Positions 47,416-56,622 of a stretch of 64,000 nt of DNA are shown here, in pieces (position 1 is the stretch's first letter; each line of letters opens with the position of its first letter). Below the pieces are notes generated by a model, which had not been told where the DNA came from, did no database searches, and saw nothing but the letters and a program-made list of their open reading frames with translations. Position numbers and translations under genes: made by a program. Origin of the DNA: Candidatus Latescibacterota bacterium (lineage in GTDB: Bacteria; Latescibacterota; UBA2968; UBA8231); assembly GCA_964291625.2 (NCBI GenBank), contig OZ220090.1:128001-192000 (forward strand). The letters run 5' to 3'.

Positions 47416-48918
47416 ATGGAGCACTGGACAGAAGAGGTCACTTCTACTGTTGATCAGCGTCACTATCGCCTGCCACCCACGTGGGTACTGCGCAAACCTG
47501 GGCCCCCCGACCAGCTCGAACTGGGGAATGCAGTCCACATCTCAGGAAAGGGCGGGAAGCTGAGAGGGAGAGTCACCGCTCTCCTCGCCTCCGCAAGACA
47601 GAAGGCCGTGGTCTCGAGCTTCCTGATTGCCGACCGCGAGGTCGAAGACGCGATCCTCCAAGCCGCGAAGCGAGGCGTGCGGGTGTATGTGATGCTCGCC
47701 TCGGAGAAGCGTCTCGAAGGCGAGCCCCGCGACGGGGAGTTTCAACGGCGTGTGCTTGACGAGCACAAGGACATGTTGGGCCGCCTTGGTGGCTACGTCC
47801 TGATTCGTTCGGCTCCGCATTTTCATGCCAAGTTGGTACTGGTCGATCCCGAAGCAAGCCCGACGGGGATGTTACTCACAGCGAACCTCACGACCGAAGC
47901 CCTTCGTCGAAACGAGGAGTTGGCCGTCGATTTGAGGCCGGAGGAAGTGAGAGAAGCTGCCGAACTCCTTCGATGGGCAATGTGGGAAGACGCCGAGCAC
48001 GAGTTGGTGGAACCGGGGAACTTTCGCGCAGTGAAGCCTCTCGGCAGCGTCGGCCACCCGGCCCCGTTGCCGCATGTCCTGGCAACCACGTCCTCCGCCG
48101 CTCAACTTCGGGAGGAGGCCGTCGATCTCATCGACAGCGCCGCCCGGGAACTCATCGTCGCGAGCTACGGATGGGCCGCCGACCATCCGGTTGTTGAGCG
48201 TCTCTGCGCACGTGCTCGCGAGGGACTGACAATCACCGTGCTGGCGCGCATTCGTCTCCGCTCCATGCCGGCTCTCCTCGCGCTCTCGGAGACGGGTGCC
48301 AGGGTCCTCGGATTCAAGTGGCTGCACGCCAAAGCGCTGTGGGCCGATTCGGGCAGGGGGCTGGTCATGTCCGCGAACTTGGAGAAGCACGGGCTCGACG
48401 GCGGCTTCGAGCTGGGCCTGCGGTTGGAAGGCGAGCGGGCCAAGGAGCTTCGGACGCGCCTCCGGGGATGGTCCAGTCAGGCGGCGTGGGAGCTCCGACT
48501 CGCGCCTGCATTGGGCGAAGTGGCCGGAGAAGTGCGCGTCTGGCACCAGAACCAATTGCTTGACCGGGACGTGAAACCATCCCTCCAGGTCGATCTCGGC
48601 TCGGTGACGGCCGCATCGGCGCTCGATCTGAAGGCGCCGGATCTACAACCCCCGAGTATCAATGGGCTGCCACAACCCGCACACGAGCTTGAGTGCCGAT
48701 GGCTGGTTCGAGCACCGGAACTGCACCCGGAGGCAAGGGAAGTCACACAGCCTGCCAGCGACAGGAAGGGGGAGCCGACTCCGTACAAGCCCCCCGTGTT
48801 CAAGGAGCCGGGCGGGAAGGTTGTCGTGGCGGTCCAATCCCCGAAAGAGATCCCGAGGGCCCGCCAAGTCGCGGCAGAGGTCGGGGCGGCGGCGGTCGTC
48901 GTTCGAGCGAAGGCCTGA
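47416..48918 (+). CDS. Phospholipase D-like nuclease with two HKD motifs
   Basis: HAKLVLVD...TANLT and HAKALWAD...SANL. RBS GGAGA. Confidence 0.9.
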   Translation: MEHWTEEVTSTVDQRHYRLPPTWVLRKPGPPDQLELGNAVHISGKGGKLRGRVTALLASARQKAVVSSFLIADREVEDAILQAAKRGVRVYVMLASEKRLEGEPRDGEFQRRVLDEHKDMLGRLGGYVLIRSAPHFHAKLVLVDPEASPTGMLLTANLTTEALRRNEELAVDLRPEEVREAAELLRWAMWEDAEHELVEPGNFRAVKPLGSVGHPAPLPHVLATTSSAAQLREEAVDLIDSAARELIVASYGWAADHPVVERLCARAREGLTITVLARIRLRSMPALLALSETGARVLGFKWLHAKALWADSGRGLVMSANLEKHGLDGGFELGLRLEGERAKELRTRLRGWSSQAAWELRLAPALGEVAGEVRVWHQNQLLDRDVKPSLQVDLGSVTAASALDLKAPDLQPPSINGLPQPAHELECRWLVRAPELHPEAREVTQPASDRKGEPTPYKPPVFKEPGGKVVVAVQSPKEIPRARQVAAEVGAAAVVVRAKA

Positions 48919-48923
48919 TTCCA

Positions 48924-50420
48924 ATGGAGCGCACGGATCCTACACTGGTTTGCTGGCACTCCGAGCGGGGGGGATTCGAGGTACTGGAACGCACGATCGC
49001 AACGCTTCGAAACCGTCGGGTCAGAATTGCGCACGTGATCTACCTGATACAGAGAGGGCGCAAGCTCGAAGTGCCGGCCAAGTTGCGGTTGCCGACCATC
49101 GAGGTGCTGGAGCTGCCGGTGGAGGATCCGACCAGGCATTCCGAAGTCTACAGGGCCGTGCGCGACCGCGTGCTGCCCAGATTGCGCGAATGTGGGGGGA
49201 TCCACGTCAACGTCTCTCCCGGCACCCCGGCCATGCACGCGGTGTGGATCATCCTTCACGCAGGGGGTGCGTTTCCTCCGGACACGAAGCTCTGGTCGTC
49301 GCAGTACAACCCGGAAACGAGACGGACGCGCATTGATCCCGTCGAGTTCCCGGTCACGACCTACCTGTCCGAGGTGCATGAAGTCGAACACGTCAAACCC
49401 GATCTCGCCGTGTACGAGCCCCAGGCGCTGTCTTCGGCCCGGCTTGCCGCGTTCGAGCGGCTAGCCCGCTACGCCAGGGTGGCGGGCGCCCCCCTCCTCG
49501 TCCTGGGCGAGCGCGGCACTGGAAAGACCCGGATCGTCGAAACACTCGTCGCGACCTTGAAGAGGCGGCCGGAGGTCGTCAGCGTTCCATGTGGAGGTCT
49601 CGATTCCTCGCTGGTCGACGGCATGCTCTTCGGACACCGAAAGGGCGCCTTCACCGGCGCCGAGAGCGACCGCCCCGGACTGCTGAAAGAGGCGGACGGC
49701 GGGATCCTGTTCCTCGATGAGGTTCAGGATCTTCCGAGACCCGCGCAGCGCAAGCTCGTGCGGGTGTTCCAGGATCGCCTGCGGCGTTTCCGGCCCCTCG
49801 GCAGCGACCAGGAGAAGACGGTCGATATCGAGCTGGTTTGCGCATCGAATCTCGATGTGGTCGATCTACGGGAGCGCCTCGATCCGGACCTCTACGATCG
49901 GCTCAGCCACTTCGCGGTGGAGATTCCCCCGTTGCGCGAGTGCCGTGACGATGTCGCGGAGGACTGGGGCAGGGTGTGGCGAGAGCTGCGCCAGCAGGAG
50001 GGTTTCCCCCTCGATGCGCCTTGGAACTCCGAACTGGAGCTTGCCCTTGCACGGAGCGAGTTGCCGGGGAATCTACGTGACCTGCAGCGGTTGGCGGTTC
50101 TGCTGATGGCTTGGTGGTCCGACAACGATACCGACAGAGCAATTGCTGACGCTCTCAAGGACTGGACGGACTGGACGATCGCGACGCGGTCGGACGATGA
50201 CATCCTTGGCTCCGGTACGCGCCGCGACCGTATCCGATGGTTTCAGGGGCGCTTGGCCAGATGGGCGAAACGAGAGTACGGGACATGGACAGCGGCAGGG
50301 CAAGCGCTGGGCTGCGATGAGAAAACGCTCCGACAGGATGTCTTCCCGAGCGACGATCAGGCATCCGCCCAGGCGATAGCCGCGCCGCCGGCCGCCCACG
50401 CCCTCGACAAGCCGCTGTAG
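48924..50420 (+). CDS. sigma54-dependent enhancer-binding protein with N-terminal RtcR/CARF-like sensor
   Basis: GERGTGKT, GAFTGA, LFLDEV, LPGNLRDL, C-terminal HTH (WTAAGQALGCDEKTLR). N-terminal HVNVSPGTPAMHAVW; no receiver domain seen. Confidence 0.88.
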   Translation: MERTDPTLVCWHSERGGFEVLERTIATLRNRRVRIAHVIYLIQRGRKLEVPAKLRLPTIEVLELPVEDPTRHSEVYRAVRDRVLPRLRECGGIHVNVSPGTPAMHAVWIILHAGGAFPPDTKLWSSQYNPETRRTRIDPVEFPVTTYLSEVHEVEHVKPDLAVYEPQALSSARLAAFERLARYARVAGAPLLVLGERGTGKTRIVETLVATLKRRPEVVSVPCGGLDSSLVDGMLFGHRKGAFTGAESDRPGLLKEADGGILFLDEVQDLPRPAQRKLVRVFQDRLRRFRPLGSDQEKTVDIELVCASNLDVVDLRERLDPDLYDRLSHFAVEIPPLRECRDDVAEDWGRVWRELRQQEGFPLDAPWNSELELALARSELPGNLRDLQRLAVLLMAWWSDNDTDRAIADALKDWTDWTIATRSDDDILGSGTRRDRIRWFQGRLARWAKREYGTWTAAGQALGCDEKTLRQDVFPSDDQASAQAIAAPPAAHALDKPL

Positions 50421-50563
50421 ATGGGGCCGGTGCCAGACTCGGCGGGGGTGGATCGCTGTAGTCGGACGCCCCTCGCTGGCAGGTCGCTGCAGGCAGCTGC
50501 TATGCCCTCCGAGACCTCGTCCATTCTGCCGGGGCGTCTTCAGGGAGCAACCTCTTCAGCTCT

Positions 50564-50738
50564 GGCGGCGTAGAGGCCGCGTGGTAGACAAGCCCCACCG
50601 CCAGGCGGCCCGTCGTCCCACAGCCACAGGTCGTTGTGCAGCAGGTAGAGGATCCCCCGACAGGACGTAGACGGCGTTTCGCGCACGCTTCCCGGCCAGC
50701 GAAGGGACTCCCGTCTCAGGCTCTCGGTTCGGGGTCAT
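50564..50738 (-). pseudogene. Degenerate 5' copy of the DUF3311-like gene
   Basis: ATG overlaps the HAD stop. RARNAVYVL is followed by a frameshifted GILYLLHNDLWLWDD. Includes the 45-bp repeat 50613-50657. Confidence 0.75.
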
Positions 50739-51487
50739 TCAGTCTCGTTCATCACCTCCGAAATGACACCCGGCAGCTCGGCGAGAGATCCCACCGTCAG
50801 GTCGCACTCGGCCGAGGCAGCGCCTCCCACCTTGACCGTCCTCAGGCCGGCGCCGCGGGCGGAGGCGAGGGGCTCGACGCCGTCATCCACCACGATCGTC
50901 CGAGAAGGTACGGCCCCAACGGCCTCGAGGATGGCCGGGTAGAACCGCGAGTCCCCCTTCTGAAAGCCGACCAGATCGGAGCCGAAAGGTTTCCCGACCC
51001 GGTCGCTCACGCCCAGCCTGCGCAGCACCGTCTCGACGACGAAGGAGGGGTTCCCCGACGCCATGTGGATCTCGATGCGGCCGGAGAGTTCCTCGATCGC
51101 CTTGGCAGCCCCGGGGAAGACGCCCTGCGTGTTCTCGAGGATGTGGATCGTCGCCCGCTCCGCAACATCGACCCGCTCCTCGAACGTCTCCGGAGCCTCG
51201 ACGCCGACGACCGCGCACACCTCCGCGATCCACTCGGCCTCGACCCGGTCCCACCAGCGCGAGAGGTTGAGCCCCCGGCGCCCCGGGTCGCGGCGGAACT
51301 CGCTGCTGCCGCGCCTCCAGACCTCCTGCCAAACCCTCTCCTGGTGGGCCGCCCACACCGCGGGATCGCCGCCCAGCAGAGAAGCGAGGGCCGGTCCGCC
51401 GAGCCGGGCGGACTCCTTCTCCCAGCGCTCGTTGTCGAGGATGACCCCGTCGACGTCGAGGAGCAGGGTAGGGCGGTCGGGGTCCAT
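50735..51487 (-). CDS. HAD family hydrolase
   Basis: LLLDVDGVI, MASGN, K, VVDD...ARGAGL. Confidence 0.85.
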   Translation of the reverse strand: MDPDRPTLLLDVDGVILDNERWEKESARLGGPALASLLGGDPAVWAAHQERVWQEVWRRGSSEFRRDPGRRGLNLSRWWDRVEAEWIAEVCAVVGVEAPETFEERVDVAERATIHILENTQGVFPGAAKAIEELSGRIEIHMASGNPSFVVETVLRRLGVSDRVGKPFGSDLVGFQKGDSRFYPAILEAVGAVPSRTIVVDDGVEPLASARGAGLRTVKVGGAASAECDLTVGSLAELPGVISEVMNETE

Positions 51488-51838
51488 TCAGGGGATAGCC
51501 GGCGGTTGGTCAGCACGGGGAGCACCGACCCAAGGTCGTCGAGGACAGGCGTTGTCGCCCGGCTCTCCGGGACCTTCCCGGAGCCTCTCCCCGGTCTCAG
51601 CGTCCAGGGCAGAAAAACCGGCCCCGGTATCTCCTGGTCAACTCGAAGAGGTGGCCGCTTCGCAGGCGAGGAGGCGGCGCAGAGACTCGCGGCGGTCAGG
51701 CCGGCGTCCAGAACCTCGGGTGCCTGGAACGTCAGCTCCGCTGACAGGGCCTTTGCCTGGGTGCCGGTCCGGCGTTGATTCAGGCGATCCGTCCGTGAAG
51801 GCCCACTCGACAAACCCTCTCCACAGGGCAGGCGAAGA

Positions 51839-54139
51839 ATGAGGCGTGAACTGACTGATCTCCTGGCGAAGATCTCCCCGCCCGGCGCCTTCGCCGCCCG
51901 CACCACGGCCGCGCCTGACGCTCTCCGCCTCGAAGTGCGGGGTGTGGGCCGCGTGGCCCTCCCGGTCACCCGCGCCAGGGCGCGCCGGTTGTGCGGCGTC
52001 GCCCGTCCAGCCCGCTACGGCCTCCAAGACCAGACCCTTTTGGACCCCGGGGTCCGCGACACCTGGGAGATCGCCCGCAGCCGCATCAGGATCGACCAGC
52101 GCAGATGGAAGCAGACGCTTCTCCCGGAGTTGGAGCGGATACGCCGCGGTCTCGGGCTTCCCGAGGATTGTCGCCTGTCCGCGGCACTGCACAACATGCT
52201 GGTCTACGAGCCGGGCCAGTTCTTCCTCCCCCATCAGGACACGGAGAAGCAGGACGGCATGATCGGCAGCCTCGTCGTGCTCCTGCCTTCGGATCACAAG
52301 GGGGGCTCGATCCAGGTGGAGCACCACGACGAGAAGGTGAGCTTCAGGGGCTCGCGCGAGAAGCTGACCCTCATCGCCTTCTATGCCGATTGCCGCCACG
52401 AGGTCCGTCCGGTGAAGGAAGGCTACCGGGTGGCCCTGACCTACAACCTGCGGGCCACAGGGGGCGGCGCCGGGGTCCCCTCTCCGCCAGCCGAGGACGC
52501 GACCAGGGGGCTGGCCCGGGCGCTCGGCAAGTACCTCGAGACACCCCCTCCCGACTCCTGGAGGGACGACCCGTGCCGCCTGTTCGTCTACCTCCTCGAC
52601 CATCAGTACACCCAGCGGGGTCTCGCCTGGCAGCGGCTCAAGAACGCCGACGCCGCCCGCGCCGCGGCCTTGCGGGAGGCCGCCCGGCAGCTCGACTGCG
52701 AGGTCTTCCTGGCCTTGGCGCAGGTTCGGGAAACCCGGGAGCCCGAGGAAACGCGGGGCATGCGGGGCGGCTACGAGGACTATGACGACTACGACGTCTA
52801 CGACGACGAGGAGCCTTCCGCCGACGCCGGCCTGGGAGACTTGATCGACACCGAGATCGAACTGCGTCACTGGGTGGGGAAGGGCAGGCCGCGGGGGAGC
52901 CGCTACGTCCACGAGCACGATCTCTTCTACACGAAGCCCTCGGCCGAGTTGACGCCCTTCCACTCTGAGCACGAGCCCTACATGGGCAACTGGGGCAATA
53001 CGGTCGACCGCTGGTACCGCCGCGCCGCGGTCGTCCTCTGGCCGCGGCAACACGGCTTCGCGCTCCGGGCGCAAGCATCGGGACGCTGGGCCTTCGCCGA
53101 GATCGCCAGGAAGCTGAAGTCGGGAGACCTCGCCGAGGCCCGCTCCCTGACCGGCGAGATGCTGCCTTTCTGGAAGGGCTCTCCGCAAGACCAGGAACGC
53201 CCGGGCCTCTTCATCGACGTGTTGAAGGTTGGCCGGCAACTCGGTGAACCGGATCTGGCCTTGTCGCTGCTGCAGCCCTTCGAGCTGGAACAACTGACCC
53301 CCGAAACAGCTGACGAGCTTGGGGCCCTGATCGACGCCTACGGAGTGCCGTGGTGCCAAGGCCTGCTCGACCGCTGGGCCTCGGAAGCCAGGCGGGGCAT
53401 ATCCCTCGAGCGGCCGGACTGGCTCGCCGCCCTGCCGGGCCTCTGCCGGGCCCTGTGCGAACAGGACTCCGCAGCGGGCGGGAAACTGGCGGCCTGGCTG
53501 GTGGGCGGGCAGTGGCGCTGGTGGAAGGCCCGATGGGAAGAAGGCTGCGACGCCCCCGATCCCGGGGAATCACTCGAGGTGCTGAAAGCGGCCTGCGGCC
53601 CCTTTCTCGGGCTGCTGGAGAGCAGCGTCGTCACCGGCAGCCGCGAGCTGCAGGACACGATGCTGCGCTTCGCAGCCGGCGCGGCCGGCGGGCCCGTGCT
53701 CGCCCTGACCCACCTTCTACGGGCTGCGCTGCGGGTCCGGCCGCGTGCGACCCTGGCGGGACTGAGACTGGGAGATCTGGGCGCCCGATGCATGAAGGAG
53801 CTGCAGTCACGCCTCGACCAACCGCCCCGCGGTCCGCAGGACTGGTCCATCCGGGGGCCCGTCCGTTGCGGGTGCGACTTGTGTGCCCAGCTGTCCCGGT
53901 TTCTCGCCGATCCGGAACGCACCCTGTTCGAGTGGCCCATCGCCAAGCAGAAGCGCCGTCACGTCCACGGAATCATCGAGGTACACGCTTTCCCGGTAAC
54001 CCACCGGACCCGCCGGACCGGCAGTCCGTACACCCTCGTGCTGGAGAAGACCCGGGCCCTGTTCGAGACGGAAGCGGCCGAGCGCAAAGCATGGCAGCGC
54101 GAGCTGTCCTGGCTGAAGAAGAACCAGCGGCTCTTCTGA
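51839..54139 (+). CDS. Large 2OG-Fe(II) oxygenase domain protein
   Basis: YEPGQFFLPHQDTEK, HEVRPV, YRVALTYNL. Long helical C-terminus with CGCDLC. Confidence 0.85.
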   Translation: MRRELTDLLAKISPPGAFAARTTAAPDALRLEVRGVGRVALPVTRARARRLCGVARPARYGLQDQTLLDPGVRDTWEIARSRIRIDQRRWKQTLLPELERIRRGLGLPEDCRLSAALHNMLVYEPGQFFLPHQDTEKQDGMIGSLVVLLPSDHKGGSIQVEHHDEKVSFRGSREKLTLIAFYADCRHEVRPVKEGYRVALTYNLRATGGGAGVPSPPAEDATRGLARALGKYLETPPPDSWRDDPCRLFVYLLDHQYTQRGLAWQRLKNADAARAAALREAARQLDCEVFLALAQVRETREPEETRGMRGGYEDYDDYDVYDDEEPSADAGLGDLIDTEIELRHWVGKGRPRGSRYVHEHDLFYTKPSAELTPFHSEHEPYMGNWGNTVDRWYRRAAVVLWPRQHGFALRAQASGRWAFAEIARKLKSGDLAEARSLTGEMLPFWKGSPQDQERPGLFIDVLKVGRQLGEPDLALSLLQPFELEQLTPETADELGALIDAYGVPWCQGLLDRWASEARRGISLERPDWLAALPGLCRALCEQDSAAGGKLAAWLVGGQWRWWKARWEEGCDAPDPGESLEVLKAACGPFLGLLESSVVTGSRELQDTMLRFAAGAAGGPVLALTHLLRAALRVRPRATLAGLRLGDLGARCMKELQSRLDQPPRGPQDWSIRGPVRCGCDLCAQLSRFLADPERTLFEWPIAKQKRRHVHGIIEVHAFPVTHRTRRTGSPYTLVLEKTRALFETEAAERKAWQRELSWLKKNQRLF

Positions 54140-54177
54140 CCTCTTGGAGACTCTCGCGGGGGGAAAGCGGGCACATC

Positions 54178-55467
54178 TCAGGGCGCGGCCTCTCCCGGTT
54201 CGGCGGACGGCAGCCGCCAGCAGGCGAGGTGGGTCTTGTCCTTCACGAGAAGCCGGTCGCCGGCCACGGCCGGGTGGGCCCAAGTGGGACTCTCGGCCAG
54301 GCGATACTCCGCAAGCAGGCGGAACTCCGGCGCCGTCGTGGAGACCACGGCCAAGCGGGCCTCGGTGGTCAGCACCAGCAGGGCGGATCCCAGGTCGACG
54401 AGGACGGCGTTGTCGCCCAGCTCCCCGGGACCTTCCCAGAGCCTGTCGCCCGTGCCCGCGTCCAGGCTGAACAACCGGCCCCGGTATTTCCTCGTCAGTC
54501 CGAAGAGACGGCCCCCGGAGACCACCGGCGAGGCCATGTAGAGCCAGTCCTGGTGGTTGTGCCACAGCCCCTGCACCTGGAGGCCCTTCTCGCCGCGGTC
54601 GAAGTGCAGAGCCAGGGTGCCCTGCTCCAGTCCCGAGAGGGCCACGGTCCCCGGCCCGAGGAGGACGGGCGTGACGATGTTCTGGTCGTACGGAGTGGTG
54701 AAGGGGAGGCGCCACAGCTCCTTGCCGACGGCCGCGTCCAGGGCCAGGCAGAACCGCTCCGACTGGGTCACGAGCACCGGCCCGCCGGCATCCACCACCA
54801 CGGGGGAGGCGTATCCCGGTCCGTCCCCCTCCCAGCGCCAGCGCTCGGCGCCGCTGTCGGCGGCCAGTGCCAACAGGGCCCCGCGGCCGGGACCGCCCAG
54901 GTGAGCGACCACGAGATCTCCGAGGACCAAGGGAGAGGTGGCCGTCCCGAAGAGCGGCGCCGTGGCGGGGAACCGGCCCTCGGATTCCCAGCGCCACAGC
55001 AGCTCTCCGCTGGCCGCGTCGTGGGAGGACAGGATGCCGGTGATCCCCAGGGTGAAGATGCGGCCCCCTGCGGCGGCCGGGGTCGACTTGGGGCCCTTGC
55101 CGTGCCCCCGCGCCGCCGGGTGCATCTCGTAGGGCGCCCGGTTCGTCTGCCGCCACAGCACCTCGCCCGAGGCCAGGGACAGGCAGGAGAGGGTTTCGAG
55201 GTCGCCGAGCCGGGCGTGCAGGTACACGCGGTCCCCCACGACGACCGGACCGGCATGTCCTTCGCCGACCTCGGTGCGCCACTCCCGCAGCAGGCTGTCC
55301 GGCCAGGCGGCGGGCGCCTGGAAGCCGGGGGCGCGGCCGTCACGTTCCGGACCGCGCCACTGGGGCCAGTCCCCGCCCGGCACGGGGGAGGCGGCGAGGA
55401 GGCACGCGGCGATCAGAAGGGCGGCGAAGCCGCGGGTGCCGGGAAAGGTCGATGGACCCTTGTCCAC
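54178..55467 (-). CDS. PQQ-binding-like beta-propeller (BamB-like) secreted protein
   Basis: Signal peptide, DWPQWRGPERDG, repeated DxxSGxxxW, TWAHP. Start uncertain. Confidence 0.85.
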   Translation of the reverse strand: MDKGPSTFPGTRGFAALLIAACLLAASPVPGGDWPQWRGPERDGRAPGFQAPAAWPDSLLREWRTEVGEGHAGPVVVGDRVYLHARLGDLETLSCLSLASGEVLWRQTNRAPYEMHPAARGHGKGPKSTPAAAGGRIFTLGITGILSSHDAASGELLWRWESEGRFPATAPLFGTATSPLVLGDLVVAHLGGPGRGALLALAADSGAERWRWEGDGPGYASPVVVDAGGPVLVTQSERFCLALDAAVGKELWRLPFTTPYDQNIVTPVLLGPGTVALSGLEQGTLALHFDRGEKGLQVQGLWHNHQDWLYMASPVVSGGRLFGLTRKYRGRLFSLDAGTGDRLWEGPGELGDNAVLVDLGSALLVLTTEARLAVVSTTAPEFRLLAEYRLAESPTWAHPAVAGDRLLVKDKTHLACWRLPSAEPGEAAP

Positions 55468-55480
55468 GCTGCTCTTCAAC

Positions 55481-55777
55481 TCACTGCGTGGACGTGGCAT
55501 GTTCCTCCAAGACCTCGACACAGAGCTTCTGGCAATGGCTGCAGATCGCGGCGTCAGCTCCCTTCCTGGAGAACATGTGGGACGCTTCGTCCGGACCTCG
55601 CTTGCAGAAGTGGCAGGGGCCTTCTGCATTGGTCAGCCAGTCAGAGGCCGTCGTCCCTTCAAGCACCCTGCCGCACGTGGCCACGCAGTCGCTGCAGATG
55701 TGCACGGATGGGCCTGTAACAACCTGGACAGAGTCGCTGACCGACTGTCCGCAGAAAGAGCAGCTTGGACTCGGCAT
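55481..55777 (-). CDS. Small protein with two ClpX-type C4 zinc fingers
   Basis: CSFCG...VHICSDCV and CHFCK...AICSHC. Confidence 0.7.
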   Translation of the reverse strand: MPSPSCSFCGQSVSDSVQVVTGPSVHICSDCVATCGRVLEGTTASDWLTNAEGPCHFCKRGPDEASHMFSRKGADAAICSHCQKLCVEVLEEHATSTQ

Positions 55778-55946
55778 GTCATGCCCTCCAGGAAGATGTC
55801 CAGAGTCAAGAGCCGGATGGTCTCAGACTGCACCCCGCCGCACGGCGAGGCGATGACTATCAGAATCTGCGCATGCCCGTGCCGAACCGGATGGAGGCCA
55901 TGGCAGAGAGGATCGAAGGCTGTCGTCTGAGAAGGAGAACCGAGGG

Positions 55947-56138
55947 CTACGAGACTTCGCGCCCTTCACGGATAGACCGACACTGCCGCTTCCTGGAGGG
56001 TGCCCAGTCTACAACTCTGTGGGCATGTCCATGCTCTCTCTCGCGGATCATGGCGCCCAGGCGCGCCACGTCATAGTCGTGCTCGCGAGCGATGTCCTCC
56101 TTGATCTTCCACAAGGGGGCGATGATTTCATCCTTCAT
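55947..56138 (-). CDS. Small putative antitoxin partner of PIN toxin
   Basis: DEIIAPLWKIKEDIAREHDYDV. Overlaps the end of the PIN gene. Confidence 0.65.
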   Translation of the reverse strand: MKDEIIAPLWKIKEDIAREHDYDVARLGAMIREREHGHAHRVVDWAPSRKRQCRSIREGREVS

Positions 56139-56613
56139 CAGGCTGACCTCCTACCATCTCCTGGGGAGTGCAGATCTCTGGACAGGGATACGCATGCCCG
56201 ACACAGAGTTCGCGGATTCGTGGTTTGGTCAGAGCGTTGTCTATATGCCTGAAGTTCCAAGTGAGAAGGTAGTCGACGGCGTGCACCGCGGATAGAGCGA
56301 TATGAAGCGCGTCATCCGCGGCGACAATGGGCAAGGGACCAGGACTTACGAGCCTCTCGGCGAACTGCACGACCTGGTCCGACGCAGTCAACAATGGGAT
56401 ACCCTCCAGCTGCGCCATTCGGCGGCTTGCCGCCTCCTCATCGCCACGGCTGGCTTCCTCAAGGACCAAGGCCGAAGTGCACAGATCGAAGTCCTGGCGT
56501 TGGCGGTTCCACCACCACGCCGTGATCTCCTGCCATGCCGCAACCAACGGGTTCGGCGATGGGCGCGCGGTCAGGTAACTGACGATCGATGTCTCGATGT
56601 AGAGCGAAGCCAT
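56128..56613 (-). CDS. PIN-domain (VapC-like) toxin
   Basis: YIETSIVSYL, VLEEA, DALHIA, YLLTWNFRHI, ICTP. Confidence 0.88.
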   Translation of the reverse strand: MASLYIETSIVSYLTARPSPNPLVAAWQEITAWWWNRQRQDFDLCTSALVLEEASRGDEEAASRRMAQLEGIPLLTASDQVVQFAERLVSPGPLPIVAADDALHIALSAVHAVDYLLTWNFRHIDNALTKPRIRELCVGHAYPCPEICTPQEMVGGQPDEG

Positions 56614-56622
56614 GACGAAGGA

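Larger units (their letters stand above)
43250..50560. mobile_element. Inserted defence-like island (no integrase seen)
   Basis: Plus-strand, less GC-rich four-gene block inside a minus-strand cluster, bounded by duplicated DUF3311 sequence. Edges are approximate. Confidence 0.7.

Noticed and set aside
43250-50560. Integrase or transposase for the island
   Set aside because: No tyrosine/serine recombinase or DDE motifs found in any ORF in the window.
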